Source: an uncultured Bryobacteraceae bacterium (GTDB lineage: Bacteria; Acidobacteriota; Terriglobia; Bryobacterales; Bryobacteraceae). Taken from it: a stretch of DNA of 41,937 bases. Positions 26,199 to 35,121 of the stretch are shown one piece after another. Position 1 is the stretch's first letter, and each line of letters begins with the position of its first letter. The position numbers were made by a program, and so were the translations under genes. The stretch is from contig CAXSIG010000001.1 of assembly GCA_964237255.1 (NCBI GenBank), forward strand, positions 1 to 41,937, written 5' to 3'. Under the pieces are notes generated by a model. That model saw only the letters and a program-made list of their open reading frames with translations, did not search any database and was not told where the DNA came from.

Positions 26199-26475
26199 CT
26201 ACTCACGGCTTAGTCTGCTGATACCACTCCCGGACTTTGGCTAGTTCCGCGCGGGGGCGAGCGTGAGCGAGCCCCATTAGGGAGGCTCACCTGGTACGCC
26301 AGTACCGGGTGAGGGGTCGCGACCCCTCCTGCACCTTGCCCTAGCAAGGTCAGGAGCAGCCCGAGCCCTAGCTCGGGCATTGCCGTCCAGGGCAGTCACG
26401 CGCCTAGCGTGACAGATAGAGCTTTTTGGGTTGCGTCCAGCAACACAGAAAAGCGGGAGAGCCGGACGCCAAAGG

Positions 26476-26906
26476 CGGCAAGAAAATGGGGCGGGGGAGC
26501 GATTCGCCAGTTGTGGGTGGGAGAGGACTTGCAGCTTTTCCGGCTGGTCTTCTTCCGGATGCTATCGTCTCGAAGAGCGAGCATCCGGAAGAAACCAGTC
26601 AAGCCGGGGGTACCCCCTGGTCGCAGGAAGTTGCGCTCCGTTCAGGAGCCGCAACTGACGAGACTTGGGGGTGGCTTGAAGGAAAAGCTGTCCACTAAAG
26701 GGCGGTGGCGAAAGAGCCGGGGGGCGGCGCGGGATGCGTGATGCATCCCGTCGAAAACCCGAAGGCTGCCGTGACGGCAGACTGAGGACAGGAAGGCCCG
26801 CGCGCCGCATCACCAATGGCCGTGATGGCCATTGCGGCGCGCAATACCGGGAGGCCCCCCGGATGGGGGCCGCGCTAGCTGTTACAGAGAACTCCGGAAC
26901 CAGGTG
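26476..26906. repeat. structured repeat family A, full copy 2 (431 bp)
   Basis: Near-identical to 27883-28312, with one G indel near the start. It contains a 14-bp perfect stem at 26550-26563/26580-26593 and at least 6 further hairpins. Confidence 0.9.
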
Positions 26907-27646
26907 CTAACTTCCCTCAACACTTTTTGAAGGTCGTCAATCTCCGAGGTGTAAAACCAGTTGGCGGTTTCTCTGGAATCCGGAACTGTCATCCGAAGAG
27001 AGAAAAACGGCTCTACGTTAGCCGGTGTAGAGATATAAGCTCTGATAGTTCCACTTTCGAATACCTTTGCCAGGTCATTTGGAGCAAACTCTCGAAGGTC
27101 AAAACTCATCGGCTGAGGGTTCGGGAGTAGTTCGCTAACGAGTGGTCCTTCTTCTAAATTCCAGACAACGGAGGTAATCCTCTCGATGTCTGAAGCTTGA
27201 AAGAGGTAACCCCGTTTCCATCCATCACGGAATTTTATCCAGCGCCAGAATTGAAATCCATATTCGGTGGAATTCGAGAAGCGCAACACATTAGTGTAGA
27301 CTCGCTCCTTTTGGAGCCTCCCTATACAAAACGCCTTCAAAGTTTTTGCCGTTGGAACCATCTCTTCTGCTCTTGCTATAGAGTTCTGGCCCGGATTCAG
27401 TAAAGCTTTTTCAACCGAAACTTCTCTGTTTCCACCCTTTTTTAGCCAGCGCTCGACGCGTTGAATGTCTTGAAAGATGTGATTCGACTGTTCTCCGGTA
27501 GGCCGGTTCCGATAGTCCAGGGACTCTTCTGGCCAGAGATAGTCGAGGATCGTCGACAGGGATTCTCTGACTTCAAGGGGGAGCGATTCCCGAAAGTTAG
27601 TTGGTGTTCCAGACCTTCTGGTGTTTCTTGTACTTCGCTTGTTCAT
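26882..27646 (-). CDS. hypothetical protein (254 aa)
   Basis: ATG 27646 is preceded by ggaga; the ORF track extends to 27745. The last 8 codons lie inside repeat A copy 2. Confidence 0.6.
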   Translation of the reverse strand: MNKRSTRNTRRSGTPTNFRESLPLEVRESLSTILDYLWPEESLDYRNRPTGEQSNHIFQDIQRVERWLKKGGNREVSVEKALLNPGQNSIARAEEMVPTAKTLKAFCIGRLQKERVYTNVLRFSNSTEYGFQFWRWIKFRDGWKRGYLFQASDIERITSVVWNLEEGPLVSELLPNPQPMSFDLREFAPNDLAKVFESGTIRAYISTPANVEPFFSLRMTVPDSRETANWFYTSEIDDLQKVLREVSTWFRSSL

Positions 27647-27882
27647 GTTTTTCTCCGTTAGTGGTGCAAAAAGCGTTGCGTTAATTCGCAATGCTTTTTG
27701 GCGAGGCCTCGCCAGTAAGAGCGGGGTGTGAGCGGTCAAGGCCAATTCGTCGGGAGGGGGATCACCCGGTTTGCAGGCGCAGCCGAAAATCGGGGATACC
27801 CGACGAATTGCCCGTAGGGCTTGGCCTTGACGGCGAGAGGGGCAGAGCCCCTGAGACTAAAGAGTTCTAATCGAGCGAAGCT

Positions 27883-28312
27883 CGGCAAGAAAATGGGGCG
27901 GGGAGCGATTCGCCAGTTGTGGGTGGGAGAGGACTTGCAGCTTTTCCGGCTGGTCTTCTTCCGGATGCTATCGTCTCGAAGAGCGAGCATCCGGAAGAAA
28001 CCAGTCAAGCCGGGGGTACCCCCTGGTCGCAGGAAGTTGCGCTCCGTTCAGGAGCCGCAACTGACGAGACTTGGGGGTGGCTTGAAGGAAAAGCTGTCCA
28101 CTAAAGGGCGGTGGCGAAAGAGCCGGGGGGCGGCGCGGGATGCGTGATGCATCCCGTCGAAAACCCGAAGGCTGCCGTGACGGCAGACTGAGGACAGGAA
28201 GGCCCGCGCGCCGCATCACCAATGGCCGTGATGGCCATTGCGGCGCGCAATACCGGGAGGCCCCCCGGATGGGGGCCGCGCTAGCTGTTACAGAGAACTC
28301 CGGAACCAGGTG
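27883..28312. repeat. structured repeat family A, full copy 3 (430 bp)
   Basis: See copy 2; the offset is 1406 bp. Confidence 0.9.
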
Positions 28313-28549
28313 TTACTTCTCAGAAGTGGGCTCTGCCCCCTTCCGAACCATCCCCTGGGATTTAACGCATTAGGCCAAAGCTGGCAGTTTGATCGTGAAT
28401 GAGTCAGAATGCTGTTCAGCCGTCACGGAAGATAGGGCAATGCAGGGATGCAACCCGAGCGCCGGGACGGGCCGAAGCTGGCGGAGCGGCCACAGTCGCT
28501 CCTCTGGTTTTATCCGCGATTTCCGGGCGCGCCCTTAGCTCTTCTAAAA

Positions 28550-28993
28550 TCAGTATTCCTCTGGAAGAAGAATCGTTGTCGCACTTCGGTCGGATTCGGT
28601 AATCACCCAAAGTTTTTTACCGGCCTTCGTTCTAAATGCTGAGAGGATTCGTAAACCTTGTTCAACGGAGTAGTCGTTTTCGTTCCAGTCGTCGAAAGAG
28701 ATTTCCCCCCAGTCACCGGTTTGGTGCCGGTATATGAATTCAGACGCTTCTTGGTAACAACGTTCCATCGCTGCCGTAGCACCTTCGGTGCAGACAATTC
28801 GTCCGGTGTCGAAAAGCGTTTTGTTAAACCAGCCGCTTGCCCGGAGCACCAGCACCGAATGGAAGATGTGGTCTTTTCTTTCCTCCGGCGAAAGCACTGC
28901 GTAATTGTCGCTCTCTGCTCCGAGGTAATCTAGCATCCGTCTTATGGCTGTGAATTCTTCTTCGCTAAAAAGTGGTTGAACAATCGTTACCAT
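28550..28993 (-). CDS. conserved plasmid/ICE-associated protein (GDWG...TTILLPEEY type)
   Basis: The C-terminal half reads FIYRHQTGDWGEISFDDWNENDYSVEQGLRILSAF....KLWVITESDRSATTILLPEEY. I recognise this as a widespread plasmid-borne family of unknown function, often found near ardC. Confidence 0.65.
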   Translation of the reverse strand: MVTIVQPLFSEEEFTAIRRMLDYLGAESDNYAVLSPEERKDHIFHSVLVLRASGWFNKTLFDTGRIVCTEGATAAMERCYQEASEFIYRHQTGDWGEISFDDWNENDYSVEQGLRILSAFRTKAGKKLWVITESDRSATTILLPEEY

Positions 28994-29078
28994 GTGTTTT
29001 CTCTAAGTGGCAGGGCTACACCCGGCCGTCGTTTTTAATCGCAAAGCGGTAATTGCCTTTTTGCAATTACCGGCTAGG

Positions 29079-29373
29079 CCCACGCCGATGAGTGGGGGAG
29101 GCAAGGGCACAGGCCGGAGTAGCCGGAGGGGAATCACCCACTCTTGAAGCGTGAGCGGAAAGGGCGAAGCGAAAGCGGAGGTCTGCACAAGCGGCTGAAT
29201 GGCCGAGCGGAAGATTGGGGATACCGGCTACGAAGCCGTAGCAGAGCGAAGGGAAGCCTTGACCGCGCCAGGGGCAAAGCCCCTTAGTCTTTGGGGGCGT
29301 TGCGGGGTCCTCCCCGCTAGAAGGGGAAGCGTAAGACGCGAAGCGGCTGAAGCGCGGGGAAGGCTTTCCCCGC
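29079..29373. repeat. structured repeat family B, copy 1 (~295 bp)
   Basis: About 95% identical by eye to 32481-32779. The plus strand is purine-rich, with hairpins ggggc-aaa-gcccc, cgggg-tcct-ccccg and ggggaa-ggct-ttcccc. Confidence 0.85.
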
Positions 29374-29389
29374 TATTTAATACATCTCG

Positions 29390-31501
29390 CTACAAACCGA
29401 ATTTAGTGCTCGACACTGTCTTTGCAAGTTCGTAGTAAAAACCGTAAGCGCGAAGACCAACGATCTCTCCATTTTCAATATTGTCTGCCGGCTCAATCCG
29501 GAGTGTTTGCCCTTTGGATAAATAAATATACCGACCATCAATTGTCTTGAGGGAAGGCTGAGACGGCTCGACTAACTGGATAACTCCGGATGGTAAACGG
29601 ACCTCAATCCGAATGGCATCAAGGACGGTTACCTCGTCTTCCTCTTCTTTCAGCAGGATTTGCTTTGTATTTTTTGGAAGAGAAATTCTGTCCCATCGCC
29701 TCAATCGTTGAGTCAGAATGCCGGTCAGGACTGGACCCTGTCTTTTCCAGGACCCAAGATTTTTAGATCGCGTGTAAACAAACGGGCAACTCCCAGCAGG
29801 GATTCCATACCAGAGCGCTACATTGCCGACACTAGTGCGTGGACGAATCCGTAAAGAAACCCCGCTAATTCGCGCCGATTCCACCTCTATCGAAGGGCCG
29901 TAAATATGTTCTGTTTTCCAAACTGTGTATTCGTGCTCAACCCACTCCGCCCGATTCACGGCGGCTTTGTGAAGATCGGACGCATGTACAATGAGGTGAT
30001 TTAAAGGTTCTAGCTCCACATCTTCGGCCTGTAAAGGAGCATCTGCTTCACGGCGTGCCGCAGCGATACGCTCCTTCCATTCTGTTTCCGCCGCCGAAGT
30101 TTGCTCACCGTATCGAAGAATAATCTGTAACGGAAGAACCGCCTTTTCACCGCGCTTGAGAAGGCCAATATCAAACGGAATAACGCTTACATCCGCATTT
30201 TTTAGAAGGGTCTCATCTTGGCCTCGCTCTCGAAGCGGACCTACGGTGGTTCGAGCGTTGAATGAACTTACGTAAAGTGCTTCTTTACCAAAATTCTCGA
30301 TCACCATTACTCTCAAGGCTAGCGAAGGAAGATCAAGGGATATATCGGATAAGCTGTTGCATTTAGGCCCTTCGAAGTAAGTTGCCGTTCCTAGGTTTGA
30401 AGGTACTCCGGTTTCCGTAAGCTTCCTCCAAAACGCTGCCAGTTCTGATGGATAAAGGTTGAGCTGATTAAGGTCTGAAGCCTCAATTGGTTTGACGAAG
30501 TTGAGTTCTGTAATTTTGCCTTCATACCTTGTGCTACTTCCAAGCCATCTCCATCGTGAAGATGGAAGCATGAGCGCATTACGTTCGTTGAACGCAATGC
30601 TTCTGCCAAGTCCTTCACCCGCAGTGGCAATGAAGATACGTTTGTCCTGAACCAAACGCGCAAGATCTGGATGTTCCGTGTCTCTCGTTCGGTCGTATAC
30701 AGTCCAAAAGGGCGAGTCACGCTCACGGAGAGGAAACCGGCTCGCGTATTCAGAGGCTAAGTCTGTAACGGCGTTCCAGACGTCGTTTCGTACCAGATAA
30801 TATCCAGGGCCGAACACCCTGTTATATGGTTCTGGCAGAGGATGCTGCATCAAGAACGTCTGTAAAGCCGCCCCCTGTAAATCAAAATAGTGGACCTGAT
30901 ATGGAACTTCCGGCGATTCAAGAACAAGTCGTATTGGACTTAGCTTTAAAAGTGAGAAGGAAACGGGTTGCGTATTGCTGGCACCCAACCAGCTAGCACG
31001 CACCGAAAGGCGTCCTGAAACTATTTGTAATGACGATAACGTATCGAAAACAAACGTCCCTTTATCGCTCAAGGTATGTTCAACGACTTTGTTGTCCTGA
31101 AGAACTTCAACAAGAGCATGGTCAATTGGCTCTTGTGTAGAGAACTGGACAATGCCCTTTATAGTTACGGGAGCTGTGGTCGCACGAACGTAGGCCAATG
31201 GAATGAAAATAGCGAAGGCACTAAGCGCTGCGTACCTACAGGAGCGTTGGTCAACAAGTATCTTCTGAGCGGCAGTGATAACACGGCCAAGAAAGAGCTG
31301 AGGGGCTTTATCCAGGTCCTCCTTTCGTGCAATAAGGAGGGCGGCGGTGGCAAAAGCAGTTGTAAAAGCTGCTATCAAACCAGCGGTGGGCGAGGCAAGC
31401 CAAACGATCATTAAAACGTCTAGCGGGAACATCACCAAAAAGAGCATCTGCCATCGACGGTGGTTCATAGCGGCCTCTAAGGGTAAACCATTCTCTAACA
31501 T
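29390..31501 (-). CDS. large membrane-anchored protein of unknown function (703 aa)
   Basis: Long clean ORF with two N-terminal hydrophobic segments. Confidence 0.6.
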   Translation of the reverse strand: MLENGLPLEAAMNHRRWQMLFLVMFPLDVLMIVWLASPTAGLIAAFTTAFATAALLIARKEDLDKAPQLFLGRVITAAQKILVDQRSCRYAALSAFAIFIPLAYVRATTAPVTIKGIVQFSTQEPIDHALVEVLQDNKVVEHTLSDKGTFVFDTLSSLQIVSGRLSVRASWLGASNTQPVSFSLLKLSPIRLVLESPEVPYQVHYFDLQGAALQTFLMQHPLPEPYNRVFGPGYYLVRNDVWNAVTDLASEYASRFPLRERDSPFWTVYDRTRDTEHPDLARLVQDKRIFIATAGEGLGRSIAFNERNALMLPSSRWRWLGSSTRYEGKITELNFVKPIEASDLNQLNLYPSELAAFWRKLTETGVPSNLGTATYFEGPKCNSLSDISLDLPSLALRVMVIENFGKEALYVSSFNARTTVGPLRERGQDETLLKNADVSVIPFDIGLLKRGEKAVLPLQIILRYGEQTSAAETEWKERIAAARREADAPLQAEDVELEPLNHLIVHASDLHKAAVNRAEWVEHEYTVWKTEHIYGPSIEVESARISGVSLRIRPRTSVGNVALWYGIPAGSCPFVYTRSKNLGSWKRQGPVLTGILTQRLRRWDRISLPKNTKQILLKEEEDEVTVLDAIRIEVRLPSGVIQLVEPSQPSLKTIDGRYIYLSKGQTLRIEPADNIENGEIVGLRAYGFYYELAKTVSSTKFGL

Positions 31502-31525
31502 CCTCGGAGAAAAGAGTGGTGCTGT

Positions 31526-32432
31526 CTAAGCCGCGAATTCCGCTCCTGTATTCAAACCGGTGGGAGAAAAAGTATGGAGCCAATCAAGGGCAGCTTGGGC
31601 TTTTGAAGCAGCGGTAAAGATTGCCCGTGAATCGTTTCGAAGAACTTTCAGCCAAGTCTGAACGTAAGCAGCATGGTCTGGGCGGGGTTCGTTACAAAGC
31701 CCAAGGTCAGCGCAAAGAAACGCGGCGCCAAGTTCCGCAATCAGTTCTTCAGCCGCATACGCTTCAGAACCAAAGCGGTTTTTAAGGTCTCGGTCGAGGC
31801 GGTGTTTTGCGGCCGTGAAGTGAATCAGCTCATGGGAGAGAGTTTCGTAAAAAGCGGTAGCTCCTTTGAAGATCTGGAACTGCGGCATCTGAATGTAATC
31901 GCCGACGGCGTTGTAAAACGCTCGGTCTCCGCCGTAGCGAACATCCGGGTTTACACAGGAAATGAAATCGTCCGCGGCCTTAATCCGTTCGACGGCCGGC
32001 AGCTCGGGCATTTCCGGCAGAGAAAAGCCGTCAACCTGGTCGGCGTTAAAAACATTGTAGCCGCGGGCGATTGGGCCAAGCCGCGTTGTTTGCTCCTCTT
32101 CGTCTTCCCGGTCTTCTTTCTCGTTAGTCTGATCTCTGAATTTCCAAAAGATCGATAAACGCTGACTTCTCGCCTTTTCGAACTTGTGCACCAAGCTCTT
32201 GCCACTGTGCGTATGTTGCCCAGATTCCGGAGTGATAAGCTTTCTCCGCTGCCGTTGCCCAGAGGGCCAACACGTTAACGCCTCGATATGCTTTCCGGGT
32301 TACGGCATTCATCGGAATGGTCTGGCTTCGATGCCACGGAAGTTCCCATTTGTCTGCTCCCTGTTCGATGGCCTTAATAATCTGGTCGGTGATTCGTTCG
32401 TAAATGTCTAGTCGCTCTTCTTTGGTTTTCAT
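31526..32432 (-). pseudogene. ardC: ArdC-like antirestriction protein (ssDNA-binding N-domain plus zincin protease domain) with an apparent frameshift near 32160-32175
   Basis: The N-domain, in one frame, reads ITDQIIKAIEQGADKWELPWH...YRGVNVLALW...QVRKGEKSAF. The expected continuation SIFWKF...HELIHFT is in another frame (ORFs 32124..32543 and 31526..32194 overlap). Confidence 0.75.
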
Positions 32433-32480
32433 TGTGTTCGCCTTTTGGTCGTGCGGGTTGTTTTTAAAAAACAACCCCCG

Positions 32481-32779
32481 AGCCCATCGGCGGCGAGATT
32501 GGGGAGGCAAGGGCAATGGCCGGAGTAGCCGGAGGGGAATCACCCACCCTTGAAGCGTGAGCGGAAAGGGCGAAGCGAAGCGGAGGTCTGCACAAGCGGC
32601 TGAATGGCCGCGCGGAAGATTGGGGATACCGGCTACGAAGCCGTAGCAGAGCGAAGGGAAGCCTTGACCGCGCCAGGGGCAAAGCCCCTTAGTCTTTGGG
32701 GGCGTTGCGGGGTCCTCCCCGCTAGAAGGGGAAGCGTAAGACGCGGGAGCGGCTGAAGCGGGGGGAAGGCTTTCCCCGC
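32481..32779. repeat. structured repeat family B, copy 2 (~299 bp)
   Basis: See copy 1. It lies directly upstream of the ardC start. Confidence 0.85.
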
Positions 32780-32871
32780 CTTACGCTTCTATTCACCATG
32801 GACAAGCAGCTCTCGAAGCATCCGGATCTACGGTTCGGTTCTCTCGCACTTTCGATTTATCCGTAGCTCTT

Positions 32872-33186
32872 CTACCGACTCCGGGAACGCTTTTGCTGAG
32901 AAATAGGAGACGAAGGAAGATGTTTTGGTCTGTCAGCGAGAAGTTGTTCAACACGCTGAACAAGTTCTGAAGCCCTCATTTTCATTACGTCTGCAAGGCC
33001 CATTACCGTTCGGAGGGACGGGCTTTTAACCCCTCGTTCCAACTGGCTGATGTAGGTCGGGTGAAATCCGCTTTGAAAGGCTAGGTCTTCTTGCGTCAGC
33101 CCGGCCTTTGTCCGAAATTCCCGCAGCGCCGGTCCAAAAGGGACATCGACTGATTCGACGGATTCTCGGCTGCGTCGTGATTGCAC
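32872..33186 (-). CDS. XRE-family HTH transcriptional regulator
   Basis: AGLTQEDLAFQSGFHPTYISQLERGVKSPSL. Confidence 0.8.
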   Translation of the reverse strand: MQSRRSRESVESVDVPFGPALREFRTKAGLTQEDLAFQSGFHPTYISQLERGVKSPSLRTVMGLADVMKMRASELVQRVEQLLADRPKHLPSSPISQQKRSRSR

Positions 33187-33429
33187 GTGCAGACCGATGG
33201 TGATACGCTCGATACTTTAGTACCAGAGACAATTGTCTTAGTCGCGGGTGCTGGGGAAAGGAGAGACGCATGATTCGGTCCATCGTTAAAGGTGGCGGCG
33301 GCGGTGGTGGAGGCGGTTAAACAGTAGGCGTGTTCCAGATGGAAGTTGTCCAGAGTTCCCAAGTTTTTGATGTAGTAACCAGCCCGGGGCTCGGTACAGC
33401 GCTTAAACGTATCGGGTCCCGGCTTTTAA

Positions 33430-34311
33430 GTGAATGCTGAGCGCCCTGACAATCTCGCCTCATGGGCCAGTATCCTTGGCAGCGTAGTCACGGTTCTTGG
33501 TCTCCTTCAGTCCCAACTCTGGATTACGGTGTTCGGGTTAGCAGTTGTTGGGATTGCTGGTGGCACATTTCTCCTCCTCCAAAAAAACAAAAAGCGTCTT
33601 CTCCTCTCCGGATTTCAGATCGAAGGTCTGAACATAGACTCGTTGAATATTGCGAATTTGAGAAGACGTTTAAACCGAAGCCTCACTGTTCAACGTGCTT
33701 ACCACTTCGCCACAATTGATGGTTCAAATCTCTCCGTGGCCTGGCAGTATGAGGGATTCTGTCGCGTTAAAAGGGAGACTGTAACAGAGTTCAGCATCGA
33801 CGCCGAAAGTAACGTTCCCTTCGATCAGCTTGAGTGTTTTGCATTCGACTTGAAAGAAGATCCTCAGCGGACGCACCGCATTCGGCCGATCTTAGTTGGG
33901 AACGACGGCATCTCAAAGAAGATCGCTGTGCCGTTTTTGACGCCGCTTGTTCAGGACCAGCCGTTTGGAATTGTGCTGAACTGCGTTCTTCCTGGTTGCA
34001 TCGGAAAAGGAGTGCATTACTACACGTCGAGCCTTTCCTTTGAGCAGCAAACAATCCCAGAACTCACCGTTCACCTGGTCTTTGTGAATAGTCCGCCGAA
34101 GTGGTTACGGGTTTACGAATGCGGAACCGGCAAGGCAGTTCTTGCAAACGAACTTCGACCGACAAACGCCGACGGCAACACCTGGGAATACATCGACGAA
34201 GTCTTAAACCCTTCCGGCCAATCGGTCCGAGTCTATCTATACGACGCCGGGGACGAAGGTTTTCCGCGCCCGACAGCTATCCCTTTTAATCAGAAGAAGC
34301 GGTTGCAATAG
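33430..34311 (+). CDS. hypothetical membrane protein (293 aa)
   Basis: It has two N-terminal hydrophobic segments and a GTG start. Confidence 0.5.
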   Translation: MNAERPDNLASWASILGSVVTVLGLLQSQLWITVFGLAVVGIAGGTFLLLQKNKKRLLLSGFQIEGLNIDSLNIANLRRRLNRSLTVQRAYHFATIDGSNLSVAWQYEGFCRVKRETVTEFSIDAESNVPFDQLECFAFDLKEDPQRTHRIRPILVGNDGISKKIAVPFLTPLVQDQPFGIVLNCVLPGCIGKGVHYYTSSLSFEQQTIPELTVHLVFVNSPPKWLRVYECGTGKAVLANELRPTNADGNTWEYIDEVLNPSGQSVRVYLYDAGDEGFPRPTAIPFNQKKRLQ

Positions 34312-34316
34312 CCGAC

Positions 34317-35018
34317 TTAAAGCGTGGGCCGCTGATTGAACAACATTCCCCGTGGGCCGGTCCACTCTTGCCTTCTACGCTGGATCCATTCTGCTAGAGC
34401 GCTTCCTTTAACAACGTGAATCTTCCCATCGAAAACGACTTCGAAATTTGTAGCGGCGGTAGGCGAGGGAAGCTTTGCTTCTGGCTGAGTCTTTGCGTGC
34501 GTGACGTAAAGATGGGCGGCGTCGTAGGTGCTTGTTGCTAAAACATCGATACTAAAACGCTGTCCGGATGCATTAACGACAGTAACCGTGCACCACTTCC
34601 CCGGCACAGGATCAGCATACTCTAAAGGGCGAACATGAGGCGAAGATGAGCCGTTTTGCCCAATCTTTCTAATTTCGCCCACATCAAGACCGAAGGCCAA
34701 GGCTACTTTTCTACACTGTTCATCAGACCATCCGGCGCCGGTCTGTTCGGGCCGCACGTTCCAGTCTTTTGCATGAAAGTAAGTTCGATCCCCGGTAAGC
34801 ACTTCGGCCGTGCCGTCAACAGCGCTGATGAGCGCATCACAGGCAGAGCGCAGAGGTTTTTCTAGAGCGAACTCTTGGCAGAATTTTAGGAGTTGACTCC
34901 GGCCGTCACCAAGCGCTTTTAGGAACTCGTTCTTGTCGGTTTCAGAAAAGCATTGTGGTTTAAAGCGTCTCCGGCCCATCATCACTCCCTCATCAGCGTG
35001 GAACTCTACCAGGAGCAA
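34317..35018 (-). CDS. hypothetical protein (233 aa)
   Basis: ORF only. Confidence 0.45.
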   Translation of the reverse strand: MLLVEFHADEGVMMGRRRFKPQCFSETDKNEFLKALGDGRSQLLKFCQEFALEKPLRSACDALISAVDGTAEVLTGDRTYFHAKDWNVRPEQTGAGWSDEQCRKVALAFGLDVGEIRKIGQNGSSSPHVRPLEYADPVPGKWCTVTVVNASGQRFSIDVLATSTYDAAHLYVTHAKTQPEAKLPSPTAATNFEVVFDGKIHVVKGSALAEWIQRRRQEWTGPRGMLFNQRPTL

Positions 35019-35121
35019 GTAGGCACGTCATCGAAGTGAATATTCGGCTGTCTCTGGAAGATGGCGGCAGCGCTTGTAAGCGCAGAAACGAATCGTTAGA
35101 TTCCCGGCCGGAGCGAAAAGC

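Noticed and set aside
26409-28222. Identical 84-aa and ~110-aa ORFs predicted in both copies of repeat family A (e.g. 26562..26816 and 27968..28222)
   Set aside because: Their identity simply reflects the DNA repeat. The products are Arg/Pro/Gly-rich. ORFs are open on both strands and in several frames at once, which is typical of GC-rich palindromic DNA.
29079-29373. Classical Frpo-type single long hairpin (ssDNA promoter) for repeat family B
   Set aside because: Both halves of the element are purine-rich on the same strand, so they cannot pair into one long stem. I saw no -35/-10 pair in a stem. The leading-region analogy is kept only as a hypothesis.
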